Assembly: GCF_964355755.1 (NCBI RefSeq)
Contig: NC_092675.1
Location: forward strand, 27,748,912-27,812,911
DNA from: Antedon mediterranea
Lineage: Eukaryota; Animalia; Echinodermata
Direction of reading: 5' to 3'
Length of the DNA: 64,000 nt
The position numbers and the translations under genes are program-made. The notes beneath the pieces were generated by a model. The model saw only the letters and a list, made by a program, of their open reading frames with translations. It was not told where the DNA came from and ran no database searches. This document shows, in pieces, positions 24,201-36,025 of the stretch (the stretch's first letter is position 1; each line of letters begins with the position of its first letter).

Positions 24201-27200
24201 TCTGAAAAATCCGTGACGTCATCATACATGTACATCTGCATATAGTTCAGTTTTGTGAGATTTATTAGTTTGAATAATATTGACACTTCTAAAGCCAGAT
24301 CTGTCGGATTTCGACTTCGTTCGGGTGATTTGCTTGAGATATCATAAAGAAGATCTGCCAGATAAGATACTGATGAGTTTCCATCTTCCAATAACCTCAC
24401 CTGTATTCAAATAATAATGATAATTAATTAATTATTAAGTAATGGATAGTAAGCTTATATTAAAAGAACCCTATTAGGCCCTATGTATAAAACTAAAAAA
24501 ATGTGTTAATTTCAAAACATATTTATTACTGTTCAATATATTTATTATTTCTATTTCGACAAATCATCGTCGTTGTACGGAAGGTCAGGAAAGAAGAGAT
24601 TAGAATTTTTTTTAAAGCACCTGTTTTAAAATACATATTGGTTTTTTTTTATAGAGGCCTATTTATTGTTTGAAATTGCACTGTTTTAAATGTATAGAAA
24701 CATTCGTTATCAAATCATTTAATTGACCAACTTTAATTTAGTATTAATATCTTATTATATCCTATTCTTGATTGAGAACTGCATATGACAGACAAGAATG
24801 GGTTAAAGTTGAAGCATTGGCTGATTTTGACTGAAATGATGATCTTCTTTAGTTTGAAAATAATATTCCACATCATAATTAGAAGCGAGTAAAAAATACT
24901 TACAGCTTATTTAGAAAGAAATTTTAGAATTTACAAAGACGTGTTCTGAATTGGAATATTAGAAAATTAGAGTGTGGTAACAAGTAAGTAAGACAGTTTT
25001 AATTGATTCAACCTAAATAGGTATGTGAAAATCAATTTATATTAGCAAACAACCTTTATACAAGATTATTAACATTTGGACGCTGTTTCGTCGACAACCT
25101 AATGGTATACATGGAATAATTTGTACAAATAATGTTCTAATAACTCTCAGTGGTACAATTAATTACATGGCAGTTCGTGAATGTTTTCAAGGAGCTTTAG
25201 CCTTCTGTAACATTACGTTGCAATATATGATGTTAAGCGACTCATTGAACGTTTTGTTAACCCTCAAGAAACCTCCGTACGATCTGTCATCTTTACCAGA
25301 AAAGCCCATAAACTACGGTTACATTTATTTCTATAACTACTAGGTATAATATTGACATTGATGAATTTTACTTATACTGTAGTTCTAGATGGCATTTAAA
25401 GAAATCTTAAAATGCCATTCCAGAAAATGTGTATACTAGAATATTGTACAACTTTACCTAGGAATATCGTTGTGTTAATATAGTACCTTCTCGCCATTGT
25501 AAATTATTTTGATCAATCCTATATGATTTTTTAAGAAAGGGGATTTTACAGGTTCCAGGTGATAACATTCAAAGCAATGTATTACGCCTAAGTAAATAAA
25601 ATCACGATATTGTATGATACCTTTATAATTAGAAGAGGAATATTTGCAAAATACTCACCAATTCTTTATGCTGATCAGATATACATTCAGACATGTCTGG
25701 TGGCGACCAGTGTCCCACGTTTTTAATTGACGTGCAGTTTCGATGAGTTTGTCCTGTTTAAAGAAGAATGTAGATTGTTAAGCAGAATATTTCATCATAA
25801 TGATATATCATAATTTATTTCATAACATAATATTATTATGTATTTAAATGATAATATTGTTTAAAGGTTTGCATGGCGAAATTAAATGTTGATATAAAGT
25901 TTGCGGTTAAAAGTCGATCCATTCTTTTCAAAACTAATATACGTGGTGTACCGCAAACTTTATATCAATAAATGATGATAATTATGAAGTCATTTAAGAA
26001 GGATAGATGTATATTGCTGAGGGTGTGTCCAAGATAATTATTTTATAAACATTAAAAGCAAACCGGTTAGTTAAGTTATTATAGTCAGCAAACCGGTTAG
26101 TTAGCTAGTTAACCGGTTAGTTAGTTAAGAGAATATGGAATCTATTAAACATCTTTAAAAGTCACACCGATAATCTGCATTAGCAGGCTGATTATATATT
26201 GTCTGCCAGAAAAATTTGAAACTGAAAAATAATATTTCAGGCTCAATTTCTAAAATGTTGTTTCAATAACGTTCGCAACCTTGTCTTTCGTTGAAAGAAC
26301 TTGGTGCGACATGACAATGTTGGCGGCGTTTATTTTGTTTGGCCGACAGCAATATCATTTCTCAGAATTACATTTCATTGAATGCGTAAAGACATTCATG
26401 TTACCGCGAAGGTTGCATATCCATTCTACTGCTTCTCTATCATTATCTTGCATTTGAATTATAAACAATTATTGACTAAATATCGACAAATGTAGACGTT
26501 GCATTTAAATATTCAGTCACTTTCTGTTACAATGACTTGAATGTTCAAAGAAACAAAAGATATATTTCAGAGGTGATTACTGGTGTAAAAATGGTAGGCC
26601 TACCACGTTTATATGAAAAAATAAGTCTTTAGCACGTTAGTAAGGGGGTTTTCCGATCTTGTTTATCTCTGAAGAATGTTTATGCAAGTTTATTGGCGGA
26701 ATATGAATACGTTAACATTGTTCTTCAACCTGAACGTCAAGTGTAGTCAATATATTTGGCTTAAAAAAAAGCCTGAACCTAGTGCAATATTAGGGATTAC
26801 CCTAATACTCTGGTCAATCTCAACCCCGGACTATCAAGTACAATACATCTGGTCAGCGAATAAGTGCATATACCCTTTAGATCGATTAAACAAAATGTGG
26901 AATACAGTAGTTTAGAAAGAAGGAGAATGTCCAACAGTGGACTGACATATTCTAAAACTGAAACAGATTTCACTTTATAGAAGGAAAAAACCTTTAAATT
27001 GTATGTTTCAATATCTAGTTACATGCTTGTGAACATCAGTGGTAATAAATACGTCATTGTTGACTGTTATTGAATCTAAACTAGCCATCTTAAGTAGGTT
27101 TCTTCTTTATTCTGCTTCTTAAAATGATTACTATAATAGGCAACAAGAACATGACGATTATTAAAACGTTGTTATATATCTCCCGGCTTTGAATACCTTA

Positions 27201-30200
27201 CCGGTGTGAGAAGTTCATTGAAGATTTGAGTGTGCATGCCGGTGTACTTTATATATGTCGCTTGAGGTTGAATGTATAAGTCACGTGTATAGATCACGTG
27301 TATAAGATAATAATAAGGCCTGCTGAATTGATCTCATTATCATATCGTGACAACAGAAGAGATTGGAAATATTCCTTGTAGTATATTTTTGTAGATACCA
27401 CGTGATTCAATATAAAAGAATCACCATTCTTTTTTTGTTATGTTTGTATTATAATAACGATATTGTGCTCTCTATCTAGTAAAGTATTATTATTAGAACT
27501 TCAGACGGTGTCCTATAATCATTCGAACGTGGTAAGAATAACATTATTCTGTGTATAGAAAACAAATCACCGTATATTTGAGCAATGCCTTTCTCAGCAA
27601 AATTGCATTTTGCGGTCGTAATTATGTGTGTATAAACTCCAGATCATTCTATCTTAAAAGTGAAATTTAAATGCATATGCAATTACGTTTATGTGTTCGA
27701 ACTTACGAGGAGGTCTTGAATTTTCCAAACCAGGACACGTGTAAGTTACAGCCTTTCCAGCACGTGTCCTCTCCCATTCGACATTATTTGCAACATCGAG
27801 AACGCATTTCGTTCCTATAAAAAAAAAAGAAAAAACACGTCAAATCGTTAAATGTCTAAGAAATAAAATGCTTAAACATAATCTTCGTATCAGATTCTCT
27901 TGTGTGTTATATCCTATCATTTAGCTTGGTTACAACTTATATACACATAGAATAACTGAAACATTTCATAAATCTTTTTTTATGTTAATTGCTTTCTGCA
28001 AATATTCTGCATGATGAAAATTATTGATGTCGTTAACAAAACGTGCTTTTAGAATTTAAGTTACTTCAAGCTGCCGGCTCAATCCTCCTATAGTCATTGT
28101 ATATGATAAAATCCTTATTAATTGTACTTATATTTCACCGGTTGTAATGATTGCATTTTCGTCTAAGGAATAAAGCTTTAAATCCACGATTATTATTATT
28201 CACATTCTCGTTTTTCTAATTTGCTGAGTTGAGCCATATTTTCGGTTTGTGCTTCTATAATAAAACGGATTGTGGAAAGGAGCAATATACAAAAAAGTGA
28301 TCAATGAATAAACTTTAATCGAGCGATAAAATACTAATCATAACTAATAATCTATTCGAATAATTACGACTGTGGCGAAAACTCATCCATTTTCTTGCTT
28401 TGGTGACAATTATTATTTATGGACTTGAGAAAATCATTTATTGTTCTCACCATTATTTCTACTGCAGAAATCGTCACACATTTCCGCAACATCTCGTTCG
28501 CATGATCCTAAAAGAAAGAAATTGCAGAGTAAATAGGATTGTTGGGTTTTTATAATCAACATTGGTGCATGAAAAATGTTATAACATTTTGACTCGCATT
28601 GTCCAAACACAGTATGACTGATATATGAATTTTATTGAACACAAAGGAATAGTCATTCTGGTTGAAAATAAAGAAACCAAAAACAACGATAATTTCACAT
28701 CCAACTGATCTGCAAATCGAGCAAAACGATAAAATTGGAAAAAGACGATGACATTTGATTACTTATGGCGTTATATCTACTGAGGCTTTAATAAATTTTC
28801 AATCACATTTTCATTATCAGAGACACACTATTAGTTTCTTAATGTAACAAACTAATACATTTCTCTATAATTAAAGTAAGTAGTATATTAAATATATCGA
28901 TAGTAAAAGTCGATACTAATGATGCTTGAGGCTAGAACAATCTTCCGCAGATACATAACTTGCCGTTCGACTTCGACTGTAAAGAGTAACTGGTAAAACG
29001 TGTACATTTATTAGTAAATAATAAATTCTTCGAAAGTTTTTTTTTGCTCAATCTTATTAATATTTCGATGAACATATGCTGGATTCTAAACAAAAAAGAA
29101 CAGGATGCAGTCTTTGGAAATGTGGATAAAGAATATAATAATAAAATAATGGACAGGAATGAGATGAGAAAAGAATGAGGATAGCGCAACAAAGGAAATC
29201 ATGAAAATCATGACAACCCGATCTGCTTCTAGCTGAGGACACCTGCCAAAAGAACAGCCCCAATGAACACAATAATTAATAGAATTAAAATAGTAAATTA
29301 TTATTATTTACCCTGTTTTGGGATACCTGATGGCCATCGCAGTTTCATGTGTCCTCGCGTCCCACCTCTAAAGTCAACCCACTCCACAAGATTTCCGCAG
29401 TATTTAAAAAAACAATCTTTTTGAATATTTAAAATTTCACGTATAGATAATGTCTCGTTCCAAATGTTCACGTGACTTAAGCTACCAACAAATGACTGAT
29501 GAGAGGCGAAGTGCTTTGATTGACCCAGAATCCAATCACCATTTCCTTGGATTAAGTTTGTACGAATTAGTTCTCTTCCCTGGCCTTTTAATTTCGAGTC
29601 CTGGTAAACTCTCCACTCTCCAGCTAAAATAAAATAATAATTACATATATGTTAATATTCATAAGGTTCATTAAACAGGAGGTCTGAAATGAATATTGTA
29701 TGTTCCAGAAATTTGTCTCTAAAATATAATATAATATAATGCAGTATTTAATTATGTCCATTGCAACAAATAAGATCTTCTTAGGTCAGCCTAAACAAGA
29801 TTTTTCTTTTAAACATGTCGATACTGTGCCTTCGTCTGTTTTTTTTCTTTTAGGTTAACTATTTGGTTATTTTATATAATTATAAAACAAAAATAATGTA
29901 AATTTTAAATGAATATTTAAAATCTACAACCAATAAGACATTGACACAATTTATCCCTTCTGAGCACATTACACTAAGTCATCATGAAAGTAACCAATGT
30001 GAACAGTGTTCACAAATTGTTCTCATGGGTCGTTTATTAAAACTGTTGTATAAAACCAACAAATATAATACTTACTGATATTATATGTAACAGCTAAAAA
30101 TGCCCACTTTTTGTGTATTAAATCCAATGGAAAATCTACAGAATTACGTCCTACTGTTAAACGTCCACCTTTGCCAACACTAACAGAAATGTCATGGTCT

Positions 30201-33200
30201 AATTCATTCGTACCATTGTAAGATAACACAGTTCTAGTACTGTTGCCATATTCATTGTCAATTCTTAGCCAAAGAGTCACTGTAAATGCTTGTAAAGGAG
30301 AAAATGCTTTGCCGAGCAGGACTGTAAAAGTGCGGTTGTCCTTCCCGTCAAATTCAAGGCGTGAATCCGCAGACATTGCTATTGAAAATAAACATTTTTA
30401 TTTAAACCAAACATATACATTTAATAGATTTTAATCTAAATCAGAACATTGTTTTATTCAGAACTAAAAAAAAGTCAATGTTTCAAGTACAAAATCCATC
30501 TTAATGTAGCCATAACGATATTTCATAATAGGAAAGATAATCATTCTGTTATTTTTGTTAGCGGTACACTTGTAAATGATGGTTATTCCTCGGGATAACT
30601 TATGTAGGGCATAAGTGTTCTGTCTACGACGAATATTGACGTACGTTAAGTGTTCCAGGTAGTCAATTTGAAGTTGTAAACAATATACCTTAATATGTTC
30701 AGTTTTAGGTTTAGTCAACCACAGAAAACCAGCTCCTTCTGTTTGTTTATATTGTTCCTATTGTTGTTTCTCTTCTTTTAAAATGTGTTCTGTGAACATG
30801 TCTGATCTGATACAATTTATTAACAATTTTAAAATCTGAGATCATAATTATGGCATGAGCCACATTTTTAAACTTACCAATGCATACTTCGCCGTTCCAT
30901 ATAAAACCTGGTCCACATTTACAGAAGTATAGTTCTGGTGTATTAGTGCATTTTGGTAACTTATAATATCCCCTGTGACATTGGTAACTGATATTACCTT
31001 TAACATTTTAGAAAAGAAAAAAAATAAACTTTAAACAATATTTATTAAAAAACACAATAAAGTTGAACAAGGCCAAAACAGACAAACACAGATTTAATGA
31101 ATTAAAAATTAAGGGTTTAAAACTACAATGTCATATTAATGAAGGTAATTGCTGTACATTGATAGAATAGAAAAGTAAAAATATATATCTATACATGGCT
31201 GTAGTGGCGTGCGCAAATTTGTGTTTACTGACCGACCGACCTACCGACATAGTAAGCTAAAGAGTTGCGTTTGCACGCAACTAAAGATGATAGTAAGTTA
31301 GGTTAGGAGTGTACATATAGCTTTTCTCTTTAAAGTTATCCGGTGAACCACATATTATTTCAATTTATCTATGTTGTTCGGTCAGAATCCAAAGGACGTG
31401 AGACGGTGAGTAGAGCGATTAGCGCTCTGCTTTGAAATTGAATAAAAATGACTTAATCTTTGTCAGTTCAGCATTACTAGTTTGCTATATCATACAAACT
31501 TTCCGCTGCTTAATTTATCATCTGAACTGTAATACCGTAATTACAAAAACTAAAGAGTATGTAAGTAAAGTAGTTCATTCATAATGACAAAAGCTGTTCC
31601 AGGACTATACTGACGAAATAGAAGAAAAAACATTGTTAGTTGATGACGGTTGTTGCCAATTGGTAGCAGACGATATCAGTCATGTATAGAATAAATCATT
31701 TCGCGGGGAATATTTTACAATGGCAACCAGTTAATGCCCTTTTTAGTTTCATACAGATTTTATATTATTTCATGAATGTAGAGTTTCAACAAGATGAATA
31801 AACCTAGGTCTGGTGTTAATGGATTATGTTGGGATTGGCTAGGCCCTATCACTTTCATATTATTTTCATCTGAAACTGATGGCGAAAACCTAGTGGACTC
31901 TGATCAAGATACTGTACCTAGTTCAATGATAGGATTCAATAAGTAAGAATATTTGTTTCGTGGCTGAGGTATAATGTTAGGTAGAAGCCGACAGTTTTGG
32001 TTTAGATCCAAGTTAAGAATCTAAATAGCGCATTGGGCAAAAATGGCTAAAACACTTAAGCCTGTTTAATCATAAATTACTTGATCGTTTTATATTTTAG
32101 CATAAAGGTGTTGAGGAAATACCTATCACATGTAAACAAGATGTGGTACACAAAAGGAAAGTATGTAGGCCTAGGCTGATGCCGAGTGGAATGGTTCAAT
32201 CTCAACTGTAAATAAAAAAGCAATTTTGAATTAAAATAGCGAAATGAACCATAAATAATCAATAAAAAATACCGTAATTGCTAATAACTTTATTTTACCG
32301 ATATATAGTTCAACCTTCAAAGTAATGAAGTTAGTTTAATTGAAGTCAATTAACACAGTTCGTTTTAGACGTGGATATGTAATCCCCACGGCGTGTGTAA
32401 CGAACCTGAGTTCTATTAAGTGGGCCGCGATAGACTAAATTCTGATTGCAAATAATCTATTTATGTATTGTAGATCACGTTCAAAACATTATGTATCGTA
32501 TTCTCCAAAGACATGAGCATCAAGCCCTATAATAATGTTGATAACAATCATTAAATGAAAGCCAATTAATTGAATGATGAACTTATGTTCGATTGGACAT
32601 CGGCCGTATTTAAGAATGTGGACGTGATGAGAATATACCGTCTAAGAATAACTGTAAGGTTTTAGAACTATGAGTATATGTCACAACTCTTTATGTGCAA
32701 TAGAGTAATCAAGGCCATATACATGGCTGCAGTCGCGTGCGCAAATTTGATTTAGTTTTTTACCGACCGACCAACTGATCGACCGACCGAGATAGTGAGC
32801 TGTAGAGTCGCGTTCACACGCGACTAAAAAGACAAATGTCTTGTTCTCCAAAACTTGGAGAGATAACGGCGACAGAAAAGCAAACAAACAGGTTGAATTA
32901 TTAGTTTTATCTTTTGTTAGCTTACCTTAGAATAAATATCTCATTTGCAAAAAAAAAAAGGTGAAAACCTGTAAATTACTATAGTTTTTAGGAGTCTGTT
33001 TTTTAATTTCTGAATTGCACATCAGGCCTATGTCTAATAATAATAACAATAACACGGCACAACAACTAAAGGCATATGGACAAAATGTGATGTATTTGAA
33101 TCAAGAATCTGTAAAACTTTCATTAACGTCTAATAATGATAAAGTATACCTTACCTGGTAGAGCATGTGACAACAATACAGATGATATAAAAAACACATA

Positions 33201-33215
33201 CACTATCAGTTCCAT
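14594..33215 (-). CDS. Adhesion GPCR (class B2): signal peptide, EGF-like, pentraxin/LamG, HormR, GAIN/GPS, 7TM, PDZ-binding C-terminus; ~1104 aa, 23 coding exons
   Basis: Exons in transcript order (minus strand): 33215-33155, 30997-30878, 30378-30076, 29623-29312, 28507-28451, 27814-27707, 25753-25659, 24400-24161, 23982-23775, 23569-23447, 22995-22929, 22706-22544, 21746-21697, 21249-21126, 20907-20798, 20210-20111, 19803-19641, 19358-19289, 19040-18980, 16247-16162, 15747-15621, 15272-14844, 14731-14594. All junctions are GT-AG with consistent phases, giving an open frame of 3315 nt. Motifs: TM1 AYIGI, TM2 HRNL, TM3 CQIV..HYFF..TFCW..EA, TM4 IGWGFP, ECL2 CF, TM5 GP, TM7 LQG. Small extra exons may have been missed. 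Confidence 0.9.
16355..17985. repeat. ~22-bp minisatellite (gttagtcttgtt core) split into 16355-16570 and 17840-17985 by intervening insertions
   Basis: The same unit resumes after ~1.27 kb of unrelated TE fragments. Confidence 0.78.
17283..17840 (-). mobile_element. 5'-truncated CR1/L2-clade LINE 3' end
   Basis: ORF2 C-terminus HIHQTRQ...GPKLWNSLP.....FKRQFK, followed by a 3' UTR and an (AATGA/AAAT)n tail. Confidence 0.85.
20990..21095. repeat. (GAT)n degenerate microsatellite in aGPCR intron
   Basis: gatgatgatgaatgatgatgatgataa... Confidence 0.85.
21126..21746 (-). CDS. aGPCR GPS motif exons (21746-21697, 21249-21126)
   Basis: NPACVSLD...W..RPDC...CKCMKPGIYAITTD immediately before TM1. 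Confidence 0.85.
21992..22540. mobile_element. Probable MITE with TTAA-like target, abutting an aGPCR splice donor
   Basis: Left end ttaa-agatgtattgtccccttt; degenerate right end aagggaaagcatttcttt; a similar right end (ggtgacaaaatctttaa) occurs near 40786-40802. Confidence 0.45.
23098..23290. repeat. ~76-bp tandem repeat, ~2.5 copies
   Basis: acaaga(c/t)gtaagtggaaaatgtatagggacagaaactgattttgacgagtcttgtcaatatcatagcaaataattct repeated. Confidence 0.9.
25659..27814 (-). CDS. aGPCR hormone-receptor (HormR) domain exons 27814-27707 and 25753-25659
   Basis: C...WERTRAG..VTYTCP...RNC...GHWSPPDMSEC is the typical HRM Cys/Trp pattern. Confidence 0.85.
29312..30378 (-). CDS. aGPCR pentraxin/laminin-G domain (two exons 30378-30076, 29623-29312)
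   Basis: LQAFTVTLWLR...VLSY...W..LAVTY...GEWRVYQD...WILGQ...SFVGSLSHVNIWNETLS...CGNLVEW matches pentraxin signatures. Confidence 0.88.
30878..30997 (-). CDS. aGPCR EGF-like domain exon
   Basis: CHRGYYKLPKCTNTPELYFCKCGPGFIWNGEVC; symmetric phase 1-1 exon; CTNT..Y.C.C..GF..G..C pattern. Confidence 0.82.
32710..32830. mobile_element. Short Helentron/DINE-1-like element; second copy ~31190-31285
   Basis: Sub-terminal IR agtcgcgtg/cacgcgact, (GACC)n microsatellite, terminal hairpin followed by an A run. Confidence 0.6.
33155..33215 (-). CDS. aGPCR first coding exon, signal peptide
   Basis: MELIVYVFFISSVLLSHALP, donor gtaag. An acceptor upstream of the ATG (exon starts 33237) implies further 5' UTR exon(s). 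Confidence 0.75.
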
Positions 33216-35759
33216 TGTGTTAGCTATAGAACAGACACTGAAAAAAGGAAAGTTATGCCATTAGAACATCTCGTAAAGTACCGATACAGAATTTAATAAC
33301 AGCAAAGATATGCAACTAATTTAATTTCATCAAAGAGACAACTGCTATGTTTTTTTTAATTAAGTACGTTTATTTTGAAACGTATGTATACTTTGAAAGG
33401 TAAATTACAGAAAAATTACAATGCTTTAAAAATCAAAGAGAAAAAACAGCTAGTCATAAATATAATTCTTCGTCAGGACTTCAAAAACATATATCTTTCA
33501 TTAAAAATCAGAAACGGCATACGTAAAACCATTGAAATCACTCAAGTATGTAAATATTGAAAAATTATGACTAATTACTTATTTAAAATGTCATTCTACC
33601 GTACTTAAACTTGCTCTGCGGAAAATCATGATGATAAATTTTCATTGGTTTTGGATATTACGGCAAATGCCAAATCCCCGACAATGGTTTACCAATCACA
33701 TTGCGGTATTTGGCAGATGTTAGAAAACCGTAGATTTGAAATGTAAAAGTAGCTGTTTCAAACAATATGTATTGATCGAGTGAGACAATAATTAAGTAAA
33801 ATCTGTAAAGATCTTCTAAAAGCCGAAGGCGACGTAACATTTGTATAAAAAGCATTAATTGAGTTATAATTATGTTTAAAAACCCATTATCTTATGATAT
33901 ACCCGTGTAATTCTATAGTGTGTTTAGTTTGATTGTCAGGTTTAATATTAGTTTTTAAAGACATTACTGGTTTTATTTCTGGATCTGTCAAGAGAGGAAT
34001 GTACCTGATGTCGTTGACGAATTCAGTCCCCGTGGCAAGTGATATCATTTGTTGAATTCTATTTAAAGAGTGACGTTTTAATTAGAAAGGACCTGGCAGA
34101 TATTGTCAAAACTAAATTGCTTAATGTGAGACATGATCGGAACAGAGTTACCTTTAAAGGAACTGGGCAGGGGTTAAATTATAATTAAATTATATAAATA
34201 TAGGTGTTATACTAAACAAAATACAGATTTGTTGATGAAAAAACATGAATTCGCAAAAATGTTTATATTTGTGTTGTAAATATTTAGACTTTAGTCAATT
34301 TTAATGATTTTTTCACCCGATTCTGCTACTGTCAATAGGCATGTATCTGTATAACTATCAGCAAGTGTATGCTGTCTGCATAAATGCTGTACTTTTAACA
34401 TACATATATTATAGAGGGTGCTATATAGAGTAAATACAAACACCGTTTGCCAACCGAAATGTTTGGTCTAGTGGCAAAGGCTTTAATGTTGCACACTGGA
34501 GCCCTCGGTTCAAGGTCTATAAAGAACATGCTTTTTTTTTAATTCTTAAATTTTTTAATAGTTGAGGGAGATTATTTAGAGGGTTAAGTTTAGTATATTT
34601 AGGAAGTAATTTTTTATAATAGAAAATAATTAAGGTAATAAACTCATTGTAAATTGTCAACAGACACTGTGCTACATGACAGTGTACGGTGTTTAAAGTA
34701 CAGCATTTATGCAGACAGCAACGTGGATAACTTTCTATAGTTATACAGATATCACCTAGGGACAGTAGCAGAATCGGTTGATTTCTTGTTATGGTCTTCA
34801 CCGACCTCTATAGATAAATTATTTAAAGCTTGGGTTGATATATAGTTGGACGCAACGCAGGGACATGAGCACACGTTTGATTGGTGTTACGCCTACGACG
34901 TTACGTTGCGTCCTAGTGGGGAATCAAGCTTATTACGTTTACCAACCAAATGTATAATGAAATTAACCAACACAAAAAGTTGTGTATACATTATACATCA
35001 CATGATATTGTAATAGCAATGTTATGTAAGAGAAAAATAAATATGGCAATTGATAAAATATTATGTTTGATCACAGAAGACATTAAGTTCACATCGCACA
35101 TACATCATACAATTGATATCTCTCTCATGTACAATTTTACCATGAAAGACTAACTAATTTACTATTTTGCCTTTGAATGATTCAATACACAGAGCTTGTA
35201 GTCGACAATTGTAATAGATCAATTGACTGGGCGATATACGATACAGAAATACACATATATCATTTTAAATATTATAACATGCTATTTAGCTATCCATCAA
35301 TCTCATAGAAACTTTCAAGCTTTGTTAACGGTCGTGGGATAGTTATTCTCTATAATGTGGATCTTACGCTATCATCATATTTCTTTCACCTCAAATTGCA
35401 TGTTGCCAAAAATAAAATTTAAAGAAGGTGATGTTTTCATTCAATATATCATTGCGTATTACCATGGAGAAATGGTATTACTTAGTAGACCCTAATGGTT
35501 ATAAATTTGTCTGAAAGTTAAGAATGATGGTTCTGCAATGTTTTGCTTTTATCGTTGAAGGATGATTAATATTATTTTCATTTATTGTTCATGACAGTTG
35601 CAATAACATTTCTAGAGCAGTCAAAACAAGACTATACTTACTTATTCAACAACAGTTAAACAAACATTGCAACATAATCAATAATTATTGAGATACATAA
35701 GAATTATTTCATTATACTGTAGTAGAAAATTCTAGAAAAAAAACCACCATTATTAGTAT

Positions 35760-36025
35760 TACCAAAAAGTACAGAGTTATATTACTCTACAGGATGACTA
35801 TACTATTACATCTACCCGATTCTCATGGAGTGCATCACTGTATCTCCACATACGTCTTTGCTCAATATAGGAAAATTACGTAATTTAGCATACCGTGTGT
35901 ATCACATGTGATACCTGTATTGTGTAAGGTTAGGTCAAGGATCATGTTATGGTCTGTAAGTGATGCATGTATTACGGAATGTTCCTATGATACACTGGAG
36001 GCTAAACTGATACAGTACCGAGAGG
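35760..36025. repeat. Degenerate dispersed repeat (atcacatgtg-containing), inverted copy ~53295-53485
   Basis: Shared blocks gtaaggttaggt, atcacatgtg, ctatgatac, cagtaccgaga in reverse-complement orientation. Confidence 0.5.

Noticed and set aside
32113-32205. Possible extra aGPCR exon with good acceptor and donor
   Set aside because: In-frame TAG in the required phase.
34452-34520. Degenerate tRNA-like A/B boxes
   Set aside because: No foldable cloverleaf; at most an old SINE relic.
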